Shown here in pieces: positions 58,986 through 64,000 of a stretch of DNA of 64,000 nt. Made by a program: the position numbers and the translations under genes. Under the pieces are notes generated by a model. It had not been told where the DNA came from. It saw only the letters and a program-made list of their open reading frames with translations, and searched no databases. Location of the stretch: the IMG/VR virus record IMGVR_UViG_3300025674_000030, positions 1-64,000 of that record; one strand, 5' to 3'. This DNA comes from a virus. The stretch's first letter is position 1; each line of letters begins with the position of its first letter.

Positions 58986-59047
58986 ACAACTTTCTACTAT
59001 CTAAGTGGGGACTACAGCCAGTCCGTCGTTGTTGCAAGGGCTCCTAG
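58982..59047 (+). CDS. Putative 21-aa peptide MNNFLLSKWGLQPVRRCCKGS
   Basis: ATGA overlap with the upstream stop, GGAG upstream, TAG at 59045-47. Below the ORF-track cutoff. Confidence 0.45.
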   Translation: MNNFLLSKWGLQPVRRCCKGS

Positions 59048-59052
59048 CTCGC

Positions 59053-59067
59053 GCGGGTAACGCCCGC
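59053..59067 (+). other. GC-rich RNA hairpin GCGGG-UAACG-CCCGC
   Basis: Perfect 5-bp GC stem, 5 nt after the TAG and just before the SD of ORF 59082. No U-tract. Confidence 0.5.
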
Positions 59068-59081
59068 ACAAAGGAAAACAA

Positions 59082-59312
59082 ATGAAACTCATATTAGAAA
59101 ACTGGAACAATTTTGTTAACGAAGAGGGGGAACTCGAAGAGGCAATGGCAAAAAATATCAAAGCTGAAAAATTGCCAAACGGTTTCTATCGTTTTTATGA
59201 TTATGAATCACAGTTATCAGGTCTTTATAATCCCGACGGCACAATGCGAAGCGGAGACCTTAACCTAAATAAGAAATTTGTTCAAACAAAAATATTGGAA
59301 CTAACAAAATGA
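59082..59312 (+). CDS. Small protein with MKLILE N-terminus
   Basis: AAGGA SD. N-terminus MKLILENW parallels the protease N-terminus MKLLRE. Confidence 0.6.
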   Translation: MKLILENWNNFVNEEGELEEAMAKNIKAEKLPNGFYRFYDYESQLSGLYNPDGTMRSGDLNLNKKFVQTKILELTK

Positions 59313-59908
59313 AACTACTAAGAGAATACTACGAACTATGTGAAGGCGGCGTATGCCAAGACCTTCTTACCGAAGACGAGAAGCGCTTTGTTTCCAACGG
59401 TGGCATGATGCTTACAGGCAAACTACAAGAGGCTGACGTGCAAAACGGCAACGGTCGTGTCTATCCTCTTAAGGTTTTAGCCAGAGAAGTGCAAAACTAC
59501 CAGAAGCTTGTAAAAGAAAATAGAGCGCTTGGCGAACTAGATCACCCAGACGATTCTGTTATCAATCTAAAAAACGCTTCTCACATGGTTACAGCTATCT
59601 GGATGGAAGACAAAGCTGTCATGGGTAAGGTCAAGGTTCTTAACACTCCGTCAGGTCAGGTTCTTAAGTCTCTAGTAGAGTCGGGTGTCAAGCTTGGCAT
59701 TTCTTCTCGCGGTATGGGCTCTGTGTCTGAAGCTGCTGGCAACGTGGTTGTCCAAGAAGACTTCCAGCTTATCTGCTTTGACTTTGTGTCTGAGCCATCT
59801 ACACCAAATGCTTTTATGATGCGTGAGGCAAAAGAATATAACAATAGAGTATTTACAAAAGCAGATCGCATTAACAGACTATTAAATGAGGTATTAAAAA
59901 ATGAATAA
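59309..59908 (+). CDS. Prohead maturation protease (T4 gp21-like)
   Basis: NGNGRVYP, ALGELDHP, ASH, TPSG, LGISSRGMGS and DFVSEPSTPNA. Confidence 0.93.
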   Translation: MKLLREYYELCEGGVCQDLLTEDEKRFVSNGGMMLTGKLQEADVQNGNGRVYPLKVLAREVQNYQKLVKENRALGELDHPDDSVINLKNASHMVTAIWMEDKAVMGKVKVLNTPSGQVLKSLVESGVKLGISSRGMGSVSEAAGNVVVQEDFQLICFDFVSEPSTPNAFMMREAKEYNNRVFTKADRINRLLNEVLKNE

Positions 59909-60599
59909 AGCAGATTTACAAAAAATTCTATTGGAAGAAATAGGGACTGCAATAAACGAAGAGGAGCTTGATGAACAGAGTTTCCTCAAAAGAGTTGCCT
60001 CTGCCATGAAGAGAACGAGACGAGGCGATGAAAGAAGGGCACAAAGAGCCAAAGCAAGGCGCAAAGGTGCTGGCGCCGTGGATGATGCTGGCGAAGCTCC
60101 CGAAGATGTAAGCCCCCCAAAACCAGCAGCAAAAGAAACAAAAACTGTATCTTTATTTAAAGATATTATGCCAGAAGTTATAAATGATCATGGTCGCTCT
60201 ACAGAGCAGAAGATCCGTATTAGAGCCAAATTTACAAAACTAGGAAAGGCTCTGAAGAGGGATAGAATTTTAAATAAAGAAATATCATCTTCTAAGAAAG
60301 AAGAAGCTAAAAAGCGAAGACGTGCTGCTGCCGAAAACATAAAATCATTAAAACAAGCTATGAGTAGGGCAATAGAAAAGGAGAGCAGAAAAGCAATAAG
60401 AGCAAATACCGATATGGGTTCTTACAAAACCCCCGAACAAGCCAAGCAAAAGGTAAGCGAGGAACTGGCTAAACTTTTTCAAGATGATGCAATCGTAAAT
60501 CAAATTCTATCTTTTATTGATGATGATATGAGGCTAACCGAATCATTACTAACAAGAGTTGTACTTGAAAATCTCAAGGGCAACAAGGTGGTGTTGTGA
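59901..60599 (+). CDS. Basic, Lys/Arg-rich protein with degenerate N-terminal motif
   Basis: Starts MNKADLQKILLEEI...LDE, followed by highly basic stretches. Confidence 0.6.
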   Translation: MNKADLQKILLEEIGTAINEEELDEQSFLKRVASAMKRTRRGDERRAQRAKARRKGAGAVDDAGEAPEDVSPPKPAAKETKTVSLFKDIMPEVINDHGRSTEQKIRIRAKFTKLGKALKRDRILNKEISSSKKEEAKKRRRAAAENIKSLKQAMSRAIEKESRKAIRANTDMGSYKTPEQAKQKVSEELAKLFQDDAIVNQILSFIDDDMRLTESLLTRVVLENLKGNKVVL

Positions 60600-61027
60600 A
60601 CAAAGCACAGCTAAAATCTCTAATCAAGCCAGTTGTTAAAGAGTGCATTCAAGAAGTCCTAATAGAAGAAGGGCTTCTTACAGAGGTGGTCTCACAAGTT
60701 GCGGCTGGTATGTCCAAGCAACCAATTGTCGAGAATAAGCCAAAGAAAAAGAACAACAATCTATTTAATGAAGACTTGCAAATGCAACGCAAGTCCCGAG
60801 AGGCGAATAAGAAACTACAAGAGCATCGCAAAAAGCTACTAGACTCAATTGGTCAGGATGCATATAATGGTGTAGATCTTTTTGAAGGCACCGAGCCCAT
60901 GAGGGAATCGGGAACACCCGGAGTATCCCATAGGCCAAATGTCCTAGGTGATAACCCAAGCGATGCAGGAGTAGATATCTCTTCCCTAATGGGACAAGCA
61001 AACAAAGTTTGGCAAGCACTTAAATAG
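60596..61027 (+). CDS. Hypothetical head-module protein with degenerate N-terminal motif
   Basis: GTG start giving MNKAQLKSLIKPVVKECIQEVLIEE. Confidence 0.6.
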   Translation: MNKAQLKSLIKPVVKECIQEVLIEEGLLTEVVSQVAAGMSKQPIVENKPKKKNNNLFNEDLQMQRKSREANKKLQEHRKKLLDSIGQDAYNGVDLFEGTEPMRESGTPGVSHRPNVLGDNPSDAGVDISSLMGQANKVWQALK

Positions 61028-61035
61028 GAATAACA

Positions 61036-61284
61036 ATGAGTAGACGCAAAAGTGCAAATGTTGTCGTTAATGCAAGAGAGTGCAGGGGCAACCACGAGAA
61101 GATGATCCGTAAGTTTATAAAGAAGTGCAAGAAAGTAAAGATTCTTGAACAAGTCAGAGAGCGCAGATATTTTAAGAAACCCTCAGATGTTAAACGACAT
61201 GCAAAGCAGGCAGCTATTCGCAGGCACCGCCGCGAAGTAGCAAAGCAAAAGGCAAGAGAAGCCCGCCGCGAAAGAAATAGTTAA
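61036..61284 (+). CDS. rpsU: Phage-encoded 30S ribosomal protein bS21
   Basis: EKMIRKFIKKCKKVKILEQVRERRYFKKPSDVKR matches the bS21 core (E.ALRRFK......G...E.R.R.FYEKPS..R). 82 aa, very basic. Confidence 0.85.
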   Translation: MSRRKSANVVVNARECRGNHEKMIRKFIKKCKKVKILEQVRERRYFKKPSDVKRHAKQAAIRRHRREVAKQKAREARRERNS

Positions 61285-61285
61285 G

Positions 61286-61295
61286 ACTATTTATT
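61286..61295 (+). promoter_or_regulatory. Putative phage late-promoter motif (ACTATTTATT)
   Basis: Intergenic, directly after the bS21 stop and 27 nt before ATG 61323. Identical 10-mer to 40171. Confidence 0.5.
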
Positions 61296-61322
61296 ACGAC
61301 TATGTAAAAACGGAGGTTTCTT

Positions 61323-61733
61323 ATGTCTAACTTTATCAAGTCCTACCAAGCGAATGTAGGACTAAACCATGTGCCTGCCTATCAGGTTTCAGGACAACCA
61401 TTTGCTAGTGGCTCAATTGATGCTAGTTCGGGTGCTGTAAAGATAGAATTTCCCTATGTCACTCGATGGATATATATTCAAAACAACGACACTTCAAATA
61501 ACTGTAGAGTTGGCTTTTCACAAGAGGGGGTTGAGAATAATAACTTTTTTACCATTCACAGTGACCACACTCATCTAGATGGGCATTCTCCAGTGCTTGA
61601 ACTCAAAGTTTCAGAAATTTGGCTTTCTGGGTCAAACCCTGTTGATGTTGTCGCTGGTCTAACCTCGATTCCTGCTTCTCGCACCACAACGAAAAGTGGT
61701 ACAAGCTGGTCAGGCTCTGCTGGGGTGGGCTGA
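61323..61733 (+). CDS. Putative virion protein
   Basis: GGAGG SD. Beta-rich, Ser/Gly-rich. Confidence 0.6.
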   Translation: MSNFIKSYQANVGLNHVPAYQVSGQPFASGSIDASSGAVKIEFPYVTRWIYIQNNDTSNNCRVGFSQEGVENNNFFTIHSDHTHLDGHSPVLELKVSEIWLSGSNPVDVVAGLTSIPASRTTTKSGTSWSGSAGVG

Positions 61734-61736
61734 TAG

Positions 61737-62369
61737 ATGGCTCAATTTGGATGGGCATACGTCAACTGTAACGACTCTAATCTTGGTGCCGATATGGGCA
61801 TCAGGTACGTTTCTGGCTCTGCCGTAACTGCTTCGTCTACATTTATCTATGATATAGATAATAACAAGGTTACACTAGACGGAGACATAGAGATTAATGG
61901 TGCGGTTACGGCAAGCTTCTTTGTTGTAGATGAAACCGAAGTTATCTCCGGTTCCACCATCTTCGGTAACACAGACGACGATACCCACCAAATGACTGGC
62001 TCTCTTTTTGTCGGACCCTCTGCTAGCGCCCCAGTTTTTAAAGTTGATGTCTACTCTAGCCAGTCAGTTACTACCGGCTTTAAGGTTGCTTATCGTTATT
62101 TGACAAGTTCTGGGCTTACCTCCTCCAATGAGAACTATATTATTGGTTTTGGTGGCTCTGGAGATTTAGAGTTTAGAGTACACTCTGCTTCTGTCGCTGG
62201 AGCCGGCGCCATTTTGATGATTAAGGATGAGGCCGCCAGTAGGGGCGGGACACTAACAATATCGGCTTCTTCTGGAGAGAACATAGACAATGATGGCTTC
62301 TATGAGCTATCCGGTTCTAACCCCGCTATCGGTCTCTACTCCAATGGCTCAAACTGGTTTGTGATATAA
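61737..62369 (+). CDS. Putative fibre/virion protein
   Basis: SGSTIFGNTDDDTHQMTGS and a C-terminal IKDE...IDND...LYSNGSNWFVI fibre-like domain. Confidence 0.55.
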   Translation: MAQFGWAYVNCNDSNLGADMGIRYVSGSAVTASSTFIYDIDNNKVTLDGDIEINGAVTASFFVVDETEVISGSTIFGNTDDDTHQMTGSLFVGPSASAPVFKVDVYSSQSVTTGFKVAYRYLTSSGLTSSNENYIIGFGGSGDLEFRVHSASVAGAGAILMIKDEAASRGGTLTISASSGENIDNDGFYELSGSNPAIGLYSNGSNWFVI

Positions 62370-62386
62370 ACTAAAGGAGCAATGCT

Positions 62387-64000
62387 ATGGCTTATAACGC
62401 CCTTTCAGGTACAGTTGTCGCGAACAAAACAGTTGTCTTCAAAGATAATAATGTTGATGGTGAATCTGAATTCAATAACATGGTTATGGGCGAGTTTTAC
62501 GGAGATGGAACAAATATAACAAATGTTGCCCGTGTTGTTGCCAACGACATTAATGACTATGTTGTCACACTTGGCAATCAAGAGCAAAGCCTTGTTGGTG
62601 AGCCAAACTTAAGATTTAATGGCAATAGGCTATATGTTAATGCACCAGTCACTGCGTCTGCCTTGCAGCTAACAAGCCTACAGGAAGGAACAGCACAATC
62701 AGATTCTTTTCTAGCCATAGATTCTAGTAACAATGTTATTCTAACATCTTCAGGTGGTGGCTCCGGTGGTGCAATAGGCCCGGCAGAAGACGGAGATTAC
62801 ACAGATGGCCTTTTTACAGATTTTACAACCTCAACAGCAGTGGGCACCCCCATTGATCGATTCAATGAAATTTTAAAAGCCCTTGCTCCCTCCCCCTCTC
62901 CAACACTAGACGATCTGGGGAGCAGCAACTTTGGTGCAACTGCAAAACTTTCTTTTGGTGCCTCACAAGGAATCACAGATTACACAAACAGCAACACTGA
63001 TGCTGGTTTTACTGCTGTGGACATAAACGGAACTTATTCAACAACCAATAGTGGAAACAATCTGCGTCGTGGCGTTTTTAATGGCGCCGCAACTATAGCA
63101 GGTATCTTAAACGATGATGTTGCTGCCGATGGCGTAAACTACCCTGCTGATTCTTTTGGGGATGCTAATCAGGGAACTTTGGTTCTTGAAGTAAACGGAG
63201 CAGAGATCCATTCTATTGATTTGACCGATGTTAATATTGGTTCTGGCAATCCCGGCTCAGGCACCGACTCCGACTTAAACGTTAGTGGCTCTGGTTTTAC
63301 AAGCTTATCGCAAACTGGTTCTGCCGTTTTTTCTGATGGTTCTGAGCTAGATATTTTTCAACATAGAACAGGCCGATATTCCATCAACCCAAATGACCAG
63401 AGAGATGGGTGGAACTATGCGAGAGTAATCCACAGAATAGGCAGCAATGATACGGTAACCAATTTTGTTGAATGGGTAAATGATCCTGACCCCAATGCCC
63501 TAACTGCTACTAATGGTGTTTTAGATACCCTAAATATGACAGGCGATCTTCAAATCTCTGGTGTAAAATATCACACAGGCGGAACAGCAGAATACAGAGT
63601 AGAAGTAGATAACGCTTATAGGGATGTATACAGTACAAGTAATATCACATTCGGCGTATCTCGTGTTTCTGTTCCCTCACAAACATTCCCAGCCATCGAT
63701 TATGCTGCTGGTGAAAATGAGACTAAACAACTGCAAATAACTGCGTCTGCCACAATTAACGCCAGTTCTATCTTGAATTCAAGTATCGGCGTATCAGTAA
63801 ACATTCCGCATCCCTTGAAGTCCGATCTTAGTGCCGCAGAGCCAGAAACTATAAATGGCATACTATTGTATAATCTAAGCAATAACTCTACCACTACCAG
63901 CGAAACTTTTAGAAGAGAAGATTATCGTCTTGCTTCCAGCAGCTATAATACACAATCTGATGTAACTGACTCTGGCAATGTTTGGGATTCAAGCGATTCA
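62387..64000 (+). CDS. Large fibre-like virion protein (3' truncated; absent from the ORF track)
   Basis: AAGGAG SD and ATG 62387. Manual translation is open to the window end: MAYNALSGTVVANK...FYGDGTNITN...GPAEDGDYTDGLF... Confidence 0.75.
   Translation, partial: MAYNALSGTVVANKTVVFKDNNVDGESEFNNMVMGEFYGDGTNITNVARVVANDINDYVVTLGNQEQSLVGEPNLRFNGNRLYVNAPVTASALQLTSLQEGTAQSDSFLAIDSSNNVILTSSGGGSGGAIGPAEDGDYTDGLFTDFTTSTAVGTPIDRFNEILKALAPSPSPTLDDLGSSNFGATAKLSFGASQGITDYTNSNTDAGFTAVDINGTYSTTNSGNNLRRGVFNGAATIAGILNDDVAADGVNYPADSFGDANQGTLVLEVNGAEIHSIDLTDVNIGSGNPGSGTDSDLNVSGSGFTSLSQTGSAVFSDGSELDIFQHRTGRYSINPNDQRDGWNYARVIHRIGSNDTVTNFVEWVNDPDPNALTATNGVLDTLNMTGDLQISGVKYHTGGTAEYRVEVDNAYRDVYSTSNITFGVSRVSVPSQTFPAIDYAAGENETKQLQITASATINASSILNSSIGVSVNIPHPLKSDLSAAEPETINGILLYNLSNNSTTTSETFRREDYRLASSSYNTQSDVTDSGNVWDSSDS

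Noticed and set aside
59045-59067. Selenocysteine/pyrrolysine recoding signal or intrinsic terminator
   Set aside because: The stop is TAG rather than TGA, readthrough gives only a short extension with no recognisable motif, and the hairpin lacks a U-tract. It is kept only as an unexplained element.
98-63894. Numerous minus-strand and nested short ORFs in the ORF track
   Set aside because: All lie inside longer + strand genes and show no recognisable motifs; treated as shadow ORFs.
1-64000. Alternative genetic code (TAG or TGA reassignment) as in some large phages
   Set aside because: Coding density is near complete under code 11, very long ORFs are intact, and TAA, TAG and TGA all end genes where the next gene begins.
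1-64000. tRNA, rRNA, CRISPR arrays, introns
   Set aside because: Intergenic gaps are under about 100 nt, and I saw no cloverleaf or repeat-spacer pattern. tRNAscan and Infernal were not run.

Overview
This 64-kb window is a dense, single-strand (+) segment of a large T4-like (myovirus, probably jumbo) bacteriophage genome using the standard genetic code; it is not a bacterial chromosome. The order is: (1) 1-10.7 kb, a glycan and nucleotide-sugar locus (GT4, GT4+GT2, GT29-like, UDP-sugar dehydrogenase, epimerases, GmhA-like SIS protein, cytidylyltransferase, HAD phosphatase, GlmS) with an AT-rich core; (2) an FmdB zinc ribbon and a gp55-like sigma factor; (3) 12.5-43.5 kb, a baseplate/tail module (hub with M15 peptidase, gp25, gp6, 2124-aa and 2961-aa virion proteins); (4) RuvC, primase, a single-chain Mre11/SbcD-Rad50/SbcC fusion and a tubulin/FtsZ-family GTPase, with host sigma70-type promoters before the primase and the fusion; (5) small ORFs, a putative lysis cassette, TerL, portal, prohead protease and ribosomal protein bS21; (6) fibre-like genes running off the end. 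The main leads are a family of otherwise unrelated small proteins sharing an N-terminal MK[IV]TKxxLxxIIxEE peptide (candidate capsid-cargo targeting and cleavage signal), a [ST]-[GA]-S tripeptide concentrated in a subset of virion proteins (candidate glycosylation sequon for the phage's own glycosyltransferases), a tail-less tubulin coupled to the SbcCD fusion, an ACTATTTA putative late promoter, and an unannotated 21-aa peptide followed by a GC hairpin. All calls are motif recognition by eye; no database searches were run.
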